Notes: generated by a model from the sequence alone, not told the origin. 64,000 nucleotides of DNA from an uncultured Gemmatimonadales bacterium (GCA_963795085.1 CAWCFX010000006.1:352001-416000); one strand, 5' to 3'; counted from the first letter of the stretch, positions 50,791 through 60,838 are shown. Translations and numbers: made by a program.

Positions 50791-51576
50791 TCAGCTCCGC
50801 TGGCCGAGGGTGGCCGCGTTGCCGCTTTCGATGGAGGCGCGCTGGGCGTCGGTGAGATCGCTCAGGTCCAGCTTGGCGGGGCCATTCTCTGGCAGCCGGA
50901 GCGGCATGCCGGTGCCGAAGACGAACCGCTCGGCGCCGATGGTGCCGACCAGCGTCTTGAGATGGTCCTCCGGTGGTCCCCAGATCCAGGAGATGTCCCA
51001 CCAGATGCGGCCGGCCTCCTCCGGCGTGGACCCGAAATGCACCTCCTCGATGAACCCGCGATCGGCATGGGTGATGATCATGCGGAGCCGGTGGTGCGCC
51101 CGCACCAGCCCGCGCACCGTGGCGGGCGAGAGATCGGGCGCCACGTCGTTGGGATGGCGCTGCCGCAGGTCCTCCAGCTTCACCGCCATCAGGAGCGGCA
51201 ATCCCATCTCTCCAGACGCCGTCGCCAGGGCGTTCATCGCGGCGCCGGCCGGGTCCATGCCGAGGAAGTTGGGATCGCAGCGCACCGCGGGGGCGCGGTG
51301 GCGGCGCGCCTCGTTCATTACGTCACGCCAGTTGGCCAGCTCCGGCTGCACCGAGGGCACCGGGCGGAACCGGGGTTCCTTCTCCGCCGTCTCGTAGAGC
51401 CAGCCATTGCCCTCGGAAGGGTCCTTCCAGAAGAGGCTGGGCAGGTGGCTCACCCAGGCCTGCGCGATGCCGACCCGGTCCATGTCCGCGAGCACGGCGG
51501 CGGGCGTGGTCCCCGGGACTCGCCGGAAGGGATAGGAGCCGAGGAAGACGTTGACGTCGGTGATGGAGGGAGGCAT
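50791..51576 (-). CDS. Amidohydrolase_2 family protein (degenerate metal site)
   Basis: DVNVFLG replaces the HxH motif; RFVFGTGMP. Confidence 0.75.
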   Translation of the reverse strand: MPPSITDVNVFLGSYPFRRVPGTTPAAVLADMDRVGIAQAWVSHLPSLFWKDPSEGNGWLYETAEKEPRFRPVPSVQPELANWRDVMNEARRHRAPAVRCDPNFLGMDPAGAAMNALATASGEMGLPLLMAVKLEDLRQRHPNDVAPDLSPATVRGLVRAHHRLRMIITHADRGFIEEVHFGSTPEEAGRIWWDISWIWGPPEDHLKTLVGTIGAERFVFGTGMPLRLPENGPAKLDLSDLTDAQRASIESGNAATLGQRS

Positions 51577-52376
51577 CAGTCGAGCGGAAAGGCGTTGGGA
51601 GGAAAGATCCCGGCGGCGTTCCGCCAGCGGATCTGTTCGAGCTGTTCCGGCGTCACCAGCGACTCGAGCCGGCGTAGCTTGGCGAGCCCGGTGCAGAGGG
51701 TGATGTCGGCGCCCCAGAGCAGCCGGTTCGCCCCGACGCTCTCCAGGCACTGTTCCAGCATCCCGCCATCCACCCCGCTGCCTGAGAGATCGATGAACAC
51801 GTTCTCGACGCCGCGCGCGACGTGCAGGGTGTGGATCCAGTCGCCGCCGCCCCCGATGTGGGCCAGGATGAACCGGGTCCGGCTGTGCCGGCCGGCCAGC
51901 TCACAGAGCTCGGCGCCGTCGCTGGCTTCCTGCCCCGGCCAGTCCCGGCGGCGGCGCTGCCAGACGTGGTGCAGGATCGGCGCGCCCCGGTCCGCCGCCA
52001 GCTGGCAGATGGGATCGAGCAGGCGGTCGTTGGCCCGCCGGCTGGCGGCCAGCTTGATGCCGATCATTCCCTGGCCCAGCTTGCGCTCGATTTCCCGCAG
52101 CGCGTGATCGAGGTAGTTGGGATTCACCGCGACGTAGCCCCGCACCCGGTCCCCGTGGGCGGCACAGAGCTTCATCATCTCGTCGTTGCCCAGCTCCACG
52201 TCGGCGGGAGACGGAAAATAGACGGGCGAGGTGAGTCCCCAGCTGCCGAGGATGGACGCGACGTGAATGGTGATGCCGATCCGCTCCCCGGCCTCCATCC
52301 GGCTCCGGTTGCGTTCCTGCCAGTCGCCGCGCGGGGTGCGGGCGTGGTAGAAGTGGGCGTGCACGTCAATCAGCAT
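51576..52376 (-). CDS. Amidohydrolase_2 family protein
   Basis: DVHAH, ILHH, AHIGGG, LWGAD. Confidence 0.85.
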   Translation of the reverse strand: MLIDVHAHFYHARTPRGDWQERNRSRMEAGERIGITIHVASILGSWGLTSPVYFPSPADVELGNDEMMKLCAAHGDRVRGYVAVNPNYLDHALREIERKLGQGMIGIKLAASRRANDRLLDPICQLAADRGAPILHHVWQRRRRDWPGQEASDGAELCELAGRHSRTRFILAHIGGGGDWIHTLHVARGVENVFIDLSGSGVDGGMLEQCLESVGANRLLWGADITLCTGLAKLRRLESLVTPEQLEQIRWRNAAGIFPPNAFPLD

Positions 52377-53533
52377 CAGACCATTCCCCCCAGGACTTCG
52401 TCCAGCGTGGAAAGAACGGCGTCAATTTCACCGGGTCCGTGGGCGAGGGAGACGAAATTGTAGGCCGACCGCTTGAACAGCACGCCCCGCTTCGCGCACT
52501 CCCGGGCCGCCTTGAACGAGGCGTCTTCGCTCCGGAACCTGAGATGGCACATCTCGGGGATACCCGCGACGCCGGGCGCGACGGTCGGATACTTCTTCGC
52601 AAGCGATTCGAGCCCTGCCATCAGGCGGGCGCCCGCCTCGCCCAGCCGGCGGGGGACGCCTTCCCGGCGCATGAACCGGATGGTGGCGAGGGCCGCGGCC
52701 AGCGAGGGCATCTCGGTCGCCAGGGTGGAGGAGATCCAGGTGCGCCGGGCGGCCATCATGACCTCGCGGCTCCCGCCTACCGCCGCGATGGGGAACCCGT
52801 TGCCGATCGCCTTGCCCAGCACCATGAGATCGGGATGGACGCCGAACCGCTCCGCCGCACCGCCGATCGCGAGCCGGCACCCGGTCTTGATCTCGTCGAA
52901 GACCAGCACCGCTCCGACTCCGGCGGTCTCCTCGCGGAGCGCGGTGAGCCATTCCATCGAGGGCAGCCGGTCTATCACCGGCTCGATCACGATGGCGGCC
53001 AGCTTGTCGCCGTGCCGGCGTACCTGCTTCCGCAGGTCCTCGATGTTGTCGAACTCGAGGACCCCCAGGGCCGCCATGGTTCCGTCCGGCACGCCGGCGC
53101 CCTGGCTGCACCAGTCCAGCCAGCCATGGTAACCGCACCCCAGCACCATGGTCCGCGCGGTGTGCACCCGGGCGATCCGCACCGCCGCCGCGACCGCTTC
53201 CGCCCCGGTCTTGAGAAAGATCACCTGCTCGATCCAGGGGATGGCGTCGGCCAGTTCTTCGGCCAGCATTTCTTCCAGCTCCGGCGCCAGCGGGCCGACG
53301 ACGCCGGCGGTGATCCCGCCGATGGCGGCCCGGTTCACGTCGGGGTGCCCATATCCCAGCGCGACCGCGCCCAGCGCCATGATGCAGTCCAGGTACGTCC
53401 GCCCCTGGTCATCCCACACCCGGCACCCCTCGGCGCGCATCAGGCGGCCGGGCAGCCCGCTCGGATCGCCGGGGCCGAACAACGCGTCCGGCCGCTTGGA
53501 GCCCGTGGAGGTAACGCCGGGGATGCGGTTCAT
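52376..53533 (-). CDS. Class III PLP aminotransferase (GSA-aminomutase-like)
   Basis: GYHGW, FDEIKTG, LGKAIGNG. Confidence 0.9.
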   Translation of the reverse strand: MNRIPGVTSTGSKRPDALFGPGDPSGLPGRLMRAEGCRVWDDQGRTYLDCIMALGAVALGYGHPDVNRAAIGGITAGVVGPLAPELEEMLAEELADAIPWIEQVIFLKTGAEAVAAAVRIARVHTARTMVLGCGYHGWLDWCSQGAGVPDGTMAALGVLEFDNIEDLRKQVRRHGDKLAAIVIEPVIDRLPSMEWLTALREETAGVGAVLVFDEIKTGCRLAIGGAAERFGVHPDLMVLGKAIGNGFPIAAVGGSREVMMAARRTWISSTLATEMPSLAAALATIRFMRREGVPRRLGEAGARLMAGLESLAKKYPTVAPGVAGIPEMCHLRFRSEDASFKAARECAKRGVLFKRSAYNFVSLAHGPGEIDAVLSTLDEVLGGMV

Positions 53534-56250
53534 GTCGCCAGCCTGAGAAGGCCGAAACGCGCCGGGTCCTGCCGGTCACCCCTGAGATAGACCCAGCCGG
53601 CGCCGCCGCTCCACACCAGCTGCCCGGCGCGGCGCTGGCGGCCGGGGCGCATCTCGTTTACCAGGAGATCGAACTCCAGCGGCACCCGGTCGTCCATGAC
53701 CCACCCGGGCTTGATCGCCAGGGTGACCCGGTAGCCTTCCGGCGTTTCCGCCCAGGCGCCCGTCACCATCGCGGCGTCACCGGCATAGGGCGACGCCAGC
53801 GCCACCCGGACATCGCCGGAGCCGGGGTCGGGTATCACCAGGAAGCCGAGTACCCGGTCGTCCTGCTTGAGGTAGAGCTGCAGCCCATCGCTGTGAATGT
53901 CGTCCACCTCGTTGTCGAGGCCCAGGGGAGCACTGGTGGCGGCACGGAGAACGATGTCCTCCTTCTTCACCTCGGCCAAGAGAAAGAGATCGTCGTCGCA
54001 CCAGTTGACCCAGGCGGTCGCCGAGAAGTAGTCGGCATCGGCGTAGGGCTCCTCGCTCCGGCGGTACTGGAGCTCGGTATCGAGGGTGATCGGCTCCGAG
54101 AGGTCGAACCCTTCGTCCGACCCGTCCAGGGCCGGCGGCTCGCTGACCCAGGCCGCGGTGGCGGCGGGCCGGTCCGTCCCGGGACGGGTGAAGATGGGCT
54201 CCGGCTCCAGCATCCGCCGCTGGACGCCGGCCAGCTTGATCACCGTGTCGCCCCGCTCGACCTGCCAGCCCTCGAGCAGCGGCGTATGCCGGTCGGTGCC
54301 GCCATGTTCAACGGTAACGACATCGCCCTCGAGGGACAGCCCCGTGATCCGCGCATCGGGCGAGGTGTCGATCACCGTCACCATCCGGCTGGAGGCCGCG
54401 GTCGCCCGCGCCAGGTAGAAGACCTGCTCGCCGGTGCCGGGGGGACCGGGAGCCCGGGCCCGGAGCAGGTCCCCGTCGAACCGGAGATGCAGGCGGCAGC
54501 CCCGGCCACCGGCAGCGGACCGGATGATGAATCCTCCCGCCGTCTCCGGGATGAACTGCTCGGCCTCCCGCACGAACTCGCCGGCCACGCTGTCGGCGGC
54601 GATCCGTTCCCAGCGGCCCGGCGTCTCCACCATGCTCTCGCCGGCCAGGTGCCACGGAAGATCCAGCCGGTGGGTCATGGTGTCGGAGTAGGTGAGGATA
54701 TCGAGCAGATATTCGGGACCCGCCACGACGGTCCGGTCGAACTCGCGGAAGCGTCCCCGCATCCAGCCCCAGTCCCCTTCCTGCTGGAACATCTCGCAGT
54801 CACCGCCTTCATAGGGCTGCGAGTGGCCGTCCAGCAGGGGAGCGTTGTGCGCGAGGGTCGAGCGGTACCAGAAGAGATCGGGGCTGACGTAGCTGCCGGT
54901 GCCGAAGTCGGGAAGCCAGTGCACCCCGCCGGCATGCAGGGCCAGGTGCAGCCGGTCGGGGTGGCCATGCCCGCCTCCCGGCTTGCCGCACTCGAGGCTG
55001 GCGTAGCGGTCGCCCTGGCGCAGGATCGCCAGGCCCTGGGTGGGAAAGTGCCGGCCCGATGGCGTCCACGGTTCGCTCGCCTGCAGCTCCGCCGGCATGA
55101 AGAGCAGCGACCACCAGGAGTGATCGCCGCGTCCCCGGTGCACCGGCGCCGTCTCTCCCGCCTCGTGCAGGTAGGACTCCAGCGGCAGCGCGGGTTGCGC
55201 GGGCGCCTGGTAGAGCGCCGCCAGCCACGATTCCAGCGCACCCGGCTCCCCGCCGCCCAGCAGCCCGCGTCCCACCTCCCACGTCTCCAGGTGCATCGGC
55301 TGCGCCAGGGAGACGCCGAAGCGGGAGTCTTTCCGGGCGGGGAAAGTGAAGTCGGGCAGCGCGGTGAGGGCGGGCGCCAGGAGCGCCGCGCGCAAATGAC
55401 CGGCGACGTCCTCGTCCTCCAGCAGGTGGGCGCCGAGGGAGGCTGCCCAGCCGAGTCCGGTGAGGAGGCCGCGCAGCGCGAAGAGATGGTAGTTCTCTCC
55501 CTCGTACCAGGTGCCGTCGTCCCCGAACCCGTCGGCCAGGTGTCCCATCAGTCCGGTGCGCTCTTCTATGGAAGAGCGGGCCAGGTCTTCATCACCGAAC
55601 CAGGCGGCGATCGCGGTGAGCGCGGCGGCGTGCCAGGTCTGCCGGTTGGAGAGCCCCTCGTTGAAGTCGCCGATCACGCTGGCCGCCTCGTCCGCGATGG
55701 CATCCACGGTGGCGGAGAGGTCCTCGGGCATCCGGTCCGATTCCCGGAGCAGCGTCGCGGCGGCCAGGTAGTTGAGGATCCAGAGCGACTCGAGGTAGGT
55801 AGAGAAGAAGAGGTGGGTGGGGCCCAGCACGTTGTCGCGGTTGGGGAGCTCGAAGTAGAGCGGCTGATAGGCGCCCAGGATCCGGGCCGCCTGTTCTCCC
55901 GCGGCGTCGTGGTTTGCCAGCGCGGCCACAGTGGCGAGGTGGGCGGCCCGCTCGCTCAGCCAGAGATGCTGGAACTTGGCCCAGTGCCGGTCGTGGCGCT
56001 CCCCCCGGACCATCTCGCCGCAGGAAGGGCACCGGTGCGCATCGGGCGACCAGGGGTCGAAGGCCAGCGCCGTCCCGTCTTTGGGGCAGGTGCCGCCATC
56101 CCTGGAGAGGAGCGCCTTTACCTTCGGCACCGGCGGCATCTTCTTGAGCACCGGCTCCGCCCGCTCCACCAGCCGCTGCTGCAGCGCCTGCAGGTCGGGC
56201 GACGCCGCGATCAGCACGCGCCGCTCCTCCAGCTGTTCCCGGGTCACCAT
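53530..56250 (-). CDS. Heparinase II/III-family polysaccharide lyase with C-terminal CBM9-like domain
   Basis: WYEG.NYH, GHGHPDRL, STLAHN, C-terminal PPALDG. Confidence 0.8.
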   Translation of the reverse strand: MVTREQLEERRVLIAASPDLQALQQRLVERAEPVLKKMPPVPKVKALLSRDGGTCPKDGTALAFDPWSPDAHRCPSCGEMVRGERHDRHWAKFQHLWLSERAAHLATVAALANHDAAGEQAARILGAYQPLYFELPNRDNVLGPTHLFFSTYLESLWILNYLAAATLLRESDRMPEDLSATVDAIADEAASVIGDFNEGLSNRQTWHAAALTAIAAWFGDEDLARSSIEERTGLMGHLADGFGDDGTWYEGENYHLFALRGLLTGLGWAASLGAHLLEDEDVAGHLRAALLAPALTALPDFTFPARKDSRFGVSLAQPMHLETWEVGRGLLGGGEPGALESWLAALYQAPAQPALPLESYLHEAGETAPVHRGRGDHSWWSLLFMPAELQASEPWTPSGRHFPTQGLAILRQGDRYASLECGKPGGGHGHPDRLHLALHAGGVHWLPDFGTGSYVSPDLFWYRSTLAHNAPLLDGHSQPYEGGDCEMFQQEGDWGWMRGRFREFDRTVVAGPEYLLDILTYSDTMTHRLDLPWHLAGESMVETPGRWERIAADSVAGEFVREAEQFIPETAGGFIIRSAAGGRGCRLHLRFDGDLLRARAPGPPGTGEQVFYLARATAASSRMVTVIDTSPDARITGLSLEGDVVTVEHGGTDRHTPLLEGWQVERGDTVIKLAGVQRRMLEPEPIFTRPGTDRPAATAAWVSEPPALDGSDEGFDLSEPITLDTELQYRRSEEPYADADYFSATAWVNWCDDDLFLLAEVKKEDIVLRAATSAPLGLDNEVDDIHSDGLQLYLKQDDRVLGFLVIPDPGSGDVRVALASPYAGDAAMVTGAWAETPEGYRVTLAIKPGWVMDDRVPLEFDLLVNEMRPGRQRRAGQLVWSGGAGWVYLRGDRQDPARFGLLRLAT

Positions 56251-57257
56251 GCGCGGACACCCGCCGGCGAGAAGGTCACCGGCAGCACCCGGGCTCCTTC
56301 CGCCCGCGCCGCTTCGGCGACCTCCTCCGGCCGCTCCTTCGCGAGGAAGAACATGCATCCGCCCGCCCCGGCGCCCGCCGCCTTGCCGCCGAACACGCCC
56401 GCCGCCCCGACCACCTGCTCCAGCCGAGCCATGGATTCGGTACGCATCCCCGGGTCGAGCCGGCACTGGTGGGCCCAGTTCTCGCTCAGCAGCGTGCCCA
56501 CCCGCGCCGGATCCCCAGCGCGGAGCGCCTCCGCCATCCGGGCCGCGACGTCTTTCATGCCATGAAACGCATCCACGATGTATCGCTCTCCCCGTTCATA
56601 GCCCTGGATGACCCGGCTGATCATCCGTCCCGAGATGCGCGAGGTGCCGGTGTAGCAGAGCACGGTGTGCCGCTCGAGGAATTCCAGGAACCCGGTATCG
56701 AGATCGAGCCGCTCCGTCTCTACCGCCGGGTCCCGAAAGGTAATCCGGCGAAACCCGCCCAACGCCGCCGCCCACTGGTCCTGTTTGCCTCCCGGCATGC
56801 CCGCTTCCACCACCTCCAGCCGCCACGCCGCCTCGGCGACATCCTCCAGGGCCACCTCCTGCCCGGCCGCCCGGCTCAGCGCGCTCACCAGCGCCACGTC
56901 CAGTGCGCCGGAACTGCCGAGCCCGGAGCCGGCCGGCGCGTCCGAGCGGGTCACGACCGTGGCGTTCGTCACCGGGTACATCCGCACGGCGGTCTGCAGC
57001 AGCGGCAAGTCGCCGCTGGACGTCAGGGCACTCACGCCGTCCACTCTGACTTCCTGGCCCAGGTCCTCCGAGCGGAGCAGCAGGCCCTTTCCGCCCCGCG
57101 TCACCGTCACGTGGGCGGAGAGACCGATGGCGGCATTCACCACCAGCCCGCCTTCACGGGCGGAGAAGGGAGGCACATCGGTCCACCCGCCGGCAAAGTC
57201 CAGCCGGAGCGGTGCGGCGGCGTGCCAGACCCGGGGCGCGGCGTTCCTGTCAGTCAT
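56244..57257 (-). CDS. GHMP sugar kinase (HddA/fucokinase-like)
   Basis: PLRLDFAGGWTD, PAGSGLGSSG, GGKQDQ, GAGAGG. Confidence 0.9.
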   Translation of the reverse strand: MTDRNAAPRVWHAAAPLRLDFAGGWTDVPPFSAREGGLVVNAAIGLSAHVTVTRGGKGLLLRSEDLGQEVRVDGVSALTSSGDLPLLQTAVRMYPVTNATVVTRSDAPAGSGLGSSGALDVALVSALSRAAGQEVALEDVAEAAWRLEVVEAGMPGGKQDQWAAALGGFRRITFRDPAVETERLDLDTGFLEFLERHTVLCYTGTSRISGRMISRVIQGYERGERYIVDAFHGMKDVAARMAEALRAGDPARVGTLLSENWAHQCRLDPGMRTESMARLEQVVGAAGVFGGKAAGAGAGGCMFFLAKERPEEVAEAARAEGARVLPVTFSPAGVRAW

Positions 57258-58692
57258 GGCCCGCCGTCCACCGGGTGACGGTGGCCAGCTCGCCGCGCAG
57301 GTCCATTCGCACGTTCCGGACTCTGCGGTTCATCCCCTGGACTCCTCGCGCATGATATAGGAAGGCCACCGGCACCGACCGGGCGAATTCCTGCTGGGCC
57401 AGGGCGGGGTCGGCCGGGATGGCGATGCCGGCGAGATCGGCCAGTTGCCGCAGGTGGCCCAGCCCCAGGTCGCCGGCGGTGCCCAGCACCGCGGCCTGGA
57501 AGTCGGGGCGGCGGCTGTTGACCCGGTCGAGAAAGGCGGTCAGCTCCATCTGCCGGATGGTGATCCGGACTCCTACTGTCGCCAGCTGGGCCTGGATCAT
57601 CTGTTCCAGCGCCGCCTCGCCGCTTCCCACCGTGAGCAGCTCGATCGCGATCTCCCGGCCCGCCAGCGCGGCGCGGGCCGAATCGAGCTGCACCGGAGCC
57701 GGGGGTATCGCAAGATACCCGGGGACATCGGGGGGCACCGGCCCGGTGGCCACGGTGCCGAATCCATAGATATAGCCATCCACGATCTGCTGCCGGTCCA
57801 TGGCCTGGCCGATGGCCCGCCGCACCCGCTCATCGTTGAAGGGAGCGACGCGGGTGTTGAACACCACCCCGTAGGTGAAGAGCAGCGGGTAGGAGAGGAC
57901 GTCCAGTTCCGGGTTCTCTCTCACGAACGACGCGTGGGCCGGCTGGATGCCCGCGAAGTCCAGCTCGCCCGAGGCGAGCGCCGCCAGCTTGGTGGTGGGT
58001 TCATCCACCACCGCGATGACCAGCCGCGCCAGCCGCGGCGGGCCGCCCAGCTCGGCGGGAAAGTCCGGGTTGGCCTCGAACACCCAGCGGCGGTTGGTCT
58101 CGTGCCGCACGAACCGGAAGGGGCCGTTCCCCACCGGCCGGTCATTCCAGCCGGCGGAGCGGATCCGGGCGAGATCCACCGTGTCCAGCAGGTGCGCCGG
58201 CAGGATGGCGAGATCGGTCAGCACGTCGGGCACGCCGGGCTGGGGCGCGGTGAACCGCAGCACCAGCGTCGAGTCGTCGGTGGCATCGGCTCGGGCGAGC
58301 GTGGCAAGATCGGAGAGCCGGGGATAGCCGGTGACCGGGTCCCGGGCGGCGTTCAGCGTCCAGGCCGCGTCCCCCGCGGTGGTGGGGACGCCGTCGTGCC
58401 AGCGAAGCGTCGTGTGGAGGTGGAAGGTGAGCGTGGTTGAATCGGCGGACCACGCCAGGCTGCGCGCCAGGTAGGGCTCGATGGCGAGCGTGGAGTCGCG
58501 GCGGACCAGCGTGGTGAGCAGCACGTAGCGCTGCACCTGCCGGGCCAGCGGATGCACGGTGATGAGCGGGTTGGCGCTCTGCAGGTCGGCGCCGGAGGCG
58601 AACATCACGGTGGCGCCCCGACGGTCGGCGGGGCGGCCGCAGGCGGCGAGGCAGGCGACGAGGGCCAGGAGGCGGGGGGCGGTGAGTCTCAC
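57250..58692 (-). CDS. Opp/Dpp-family ABC substrate-binding lipoprotein
   Basis: Lipobox LAAC, WHDGVP.TA.D, PVGNGPF. Confidence 0.9.
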   Translation of the reverse strand: MRLTAPRLLALVACLAACGRPADRRGATVMFASGADLQSANPLITVHPLARQVQRYVLLTTLVRRDSTLAIEPYLARSLAWSADSTTLTFHLHTTLRWHDGVPTTAGDAAWTLNAARDPVTGYPRLSDLATLARADATDDSTLVLRFTAPQPGVPDVLTDLAILPAHLLDTVDLARIRSAGWNDRPVGNGPFRFVRHETNRRWVFEANPDFPAELGGPPRLARLVIAVVDEPTTKLAALASGELDFAGIQPAHASFVRENPELDVLSYPLLFTYGVVFNTRVAPFNDERVRRAIGQAMDRQQIVDGYIYGFGTVATGPVPPDVPGYLAIPPAPVQLDSARAALAGREIAIELLTVGSGEAALEQMIQAQLATVGVRITIRQMELTAFLDRVNSRRPDFQAAVLGTAGDLGLGHLRQLADLAGIAIPADPALAQQEFARSVPVAFLYHARGVQGMNRRVRNVRMDLRGELATVTRWTAGHD

Positions 58693-58729
58693 GTGAGACA
58701 AATACTATTACATCGCTAGATTGTTTCCC

Positions 58730-59704
58730 ATGCTTCGCCATCTTGCCCGGCGGCTGGTGGTGGGCCTCGCCATCGTGGCCGGCGTGGTCACCCTGACCTT
58801 CTTTCTCCTGCGGCTGGCGCCGGGGGACCCGGTGGAGCAGCTGCTGGGTCCGGCCGCCACCGCCGACCAGGTCGAGGCCCAGCGCCGCGCACTGGGGTTC
58901 GACCGGCCCCTCGCGGTGCAGTACCTGGCCTGGATGGGCCGCTTCGTGCGGGGCGACTGGGGCACCAGCGTCGCCACCGGGCGGTCGGTCGCCGGCATGC
59001 TGGCCGAAGCGTGGCCCGCCACCGCCGTCCTGGTGGTCCTCTCGCTCCTGGCCAGCTATCTCCTCGGCATCCTGGTCGGCGTGGTCCAGGCGGGCACCCG
59101 CTCCCGCCGGCTGGACACCACCCTCTCCGTCACCACCGTCACCCTCTTCGCCATGCCGGGCTACTGGCTCGGCCTCATGCTGGTGATGGTGTTCACCTAC
59201 TGGCTCGGCGTGCTCCCCGCGTTCGGCGCCGAGGGGCTGGATGCCGACTTCCTGTCGGGGTGGGACCGGCTGGCCGACCGGCTGAGCCACCTCGCGCTGC
59301 CGCTGGCCACGCTCACCCTGGTCGGCATCGGCGGGGTCGCGCGGTTCGTGCGGGGCGCGATGCTGGACGTGAAGCAGTCGGCGTTCGTCACGGTGGCACG
59401 GGCGAAGGGCGTGGGCGAGCGGGCCATCAACCTCCGCCACGTACTGGGCAACGCGCTCATCCCGGTCGTCACCCTGCTGGGTCTCTCCCTGCCGGCGCTC
59501 TTCTCCGGCGCGGTGTTCATCGAGGCCATCTTCGCCTGGCCGGGCGTGGGGCGGATCCTGGTCGAGGCGGTGCGGGGGCGGGACTACCCGGTGGTCATGG
59601 CGGCCACCAGTGTCAGCGCCATGCTCGTCGTGATCGGCAACCTGCTGGCGGACTGGCTGGCCACGCGGGTGGACCCGAGGCTCCGGAGCGCCCATGGCGA
59701 CTAG
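58730..59704 (+). CDS. ABC permease DppB-like
   Basis: LAPGDP, ARAKG, FAWPGVG, DYPVV. Confidence 0.92.
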   Translation: MLRHLARRLVVGLAIVAGVVTLTFFLLRLAPGDPVEQLLGPAATADQVEAQRRALGFDRPLAVQYLAWMGRFVRGDWGTSVATGRSVAGMLAEAWPATAVLVVLSLLASYLLGILVGVVQAGTRSRRLDTTLSVTTVTLFAMPGYWLGLMLVMVFTYWLGVLPAFGAEGLDADFLSGWDRLADRLSHLALPLATLTLVGIGGVARFVRGAMLDVKQSAFVTVARAKGVGERAINLRHVLGNALIPVVTLLGLSLPALFSGAVFIEAIFAWPGVGRILVEAVRGRDYPVVMAATSVSAMLVVIGNLLADWLATRVDPRLRSAHGD

Positions 59705-60563
59705 CGCCATTCCGCTCCGCCGGCCCTGGGCGGGCGGGCTCCTGGCCGACGGCCGCGCGCGGTTCGGCCTCGCCGTGCTCGGCCTGGTCGTGCTCACCGC
59801 GCTGTTTGCTCCGCTCCTCTCCACCGGCGACCCCAACGCCCAGGTGAACGTCGTGGCCACCCGGTTCCTGGCGCCGTTCGCCACCGACCTCAACGGCGTG
59901 TTCCATCTATTGGGCACCGACCGGTTCGGGCGGGACGTGTGGAGCCGGCTGCTCTACGGCGGGCGGATCTCGCTGGCGGTCGGTGTGCTCGCCATGGCGA
60001 TCTCGGTGGCGCTGGGCCTGCTGGCCGGCGCGATGGCGGGGGTCTTTCAGCGCCGGCTCGGTGCCGGCGTCATGGGATTCACCGACTTTGCGCTCGCCCT
60101 GCCCCGGGTCGTGCTGCTGCTGCTGCTCACCGCCCTCTGGCCGCCCAGCGCGGTGCTGGTGGTGCTGGTGCTGGGGTTCACCGGGTGGATGAGCATCGCG
60201 CGGCTGGTCTATGGCGAGACCCGGGCGCTGGTGGCGCGACCGTTCGTCGAAGGCGCCTACGCGCTGGGCGCCCGGCGGTTCCGGGTGCTGTTCCACCACG
60301 TGGTGCCCAACGTGCTCACCCCGGTCATCGCGGCCGCGGCGCTGGGGGTGGGCAACGCCATCATGCTGGAGGCGGGGCTCTCGTTCCTCGGCCTCGGCGT
60401 CCAGCCGCCGGCGGCCTCCTGGGGCAACATGATCGCGTCGGGGCGGGACACCCTGGTGAACGCGCCCTGGGTGGCGGCGGCGCCGGGGGTGATGCTGGTG
60501 CTGGTGGTGGTGGCGTTGACCCTGCTGGGGGACGCGATTCAGCAGAGGCTCAGTAAGCAGTAA
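59694..60563 (+). CDS. ABC permease DppC-like
   Basis: HLLGTD.FGRD..SR, EAGLSFLGLG, SWG.MI. Confidence 0.92.
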   Translation: MATSAIPLRRPWAGGLLADGRARFGLAVLGLVVLTALFAPLLSTGDPNAQVNVVATRFLAPFATDLNGVFHLLGTDRFGRDVWSRLLYGGRISLAVGVLAMAISVALGLLAGAMAGVFQRRLGAGVMGFTDFALALPRVVLLLLLTALWPPSAVLVVLVLGFTGWMSIARLVYGETRALVARPFVEGAYALGARRFRVLFHHVVPNVLTPVIAAAALGVGNAIMLEAGLSFLGLGVQPPAASWGNMIASGRDTLVNAPWVAAAPGVMLVLVVVALTLLGDAIQQRLSKQ

Positions 60564-60735
60564 GAAGTGAGACGTAAGAGGTAAGAGGGATGCCAGTGAG
60601 AAGTGAGCCGTACGAAGTGAGGGGGACTGGCGGTAACATTGGGTGTTGTTCCCTCTGAGGCCGAGAAGACAGGGGCTTCGTAGATCGCCCAGCGCTGACC
60701 TGTTCACCTCTTACTGCTTGCTGCTTACTGCTCAC
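60552..60735. repeat. Degenerate 7-mer repeats (AGTRAGM) with an inverted arm (CTTACTG)
   Basis: cagtaagcagtaagaagtgag...cttactgcttgctgcttactgctcac. Confidence 0.55.
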
Positions 60736-60838
60736 GTTCATGGCTCTCGGTTGTCATTCGCCGTTCGCGGTTTTAGCATGCGAGGGTCGGGGCTTCACCT
60801 TGTGAGCCCGGACTTCCCGAGTGCACGGAGGAGAGAGC

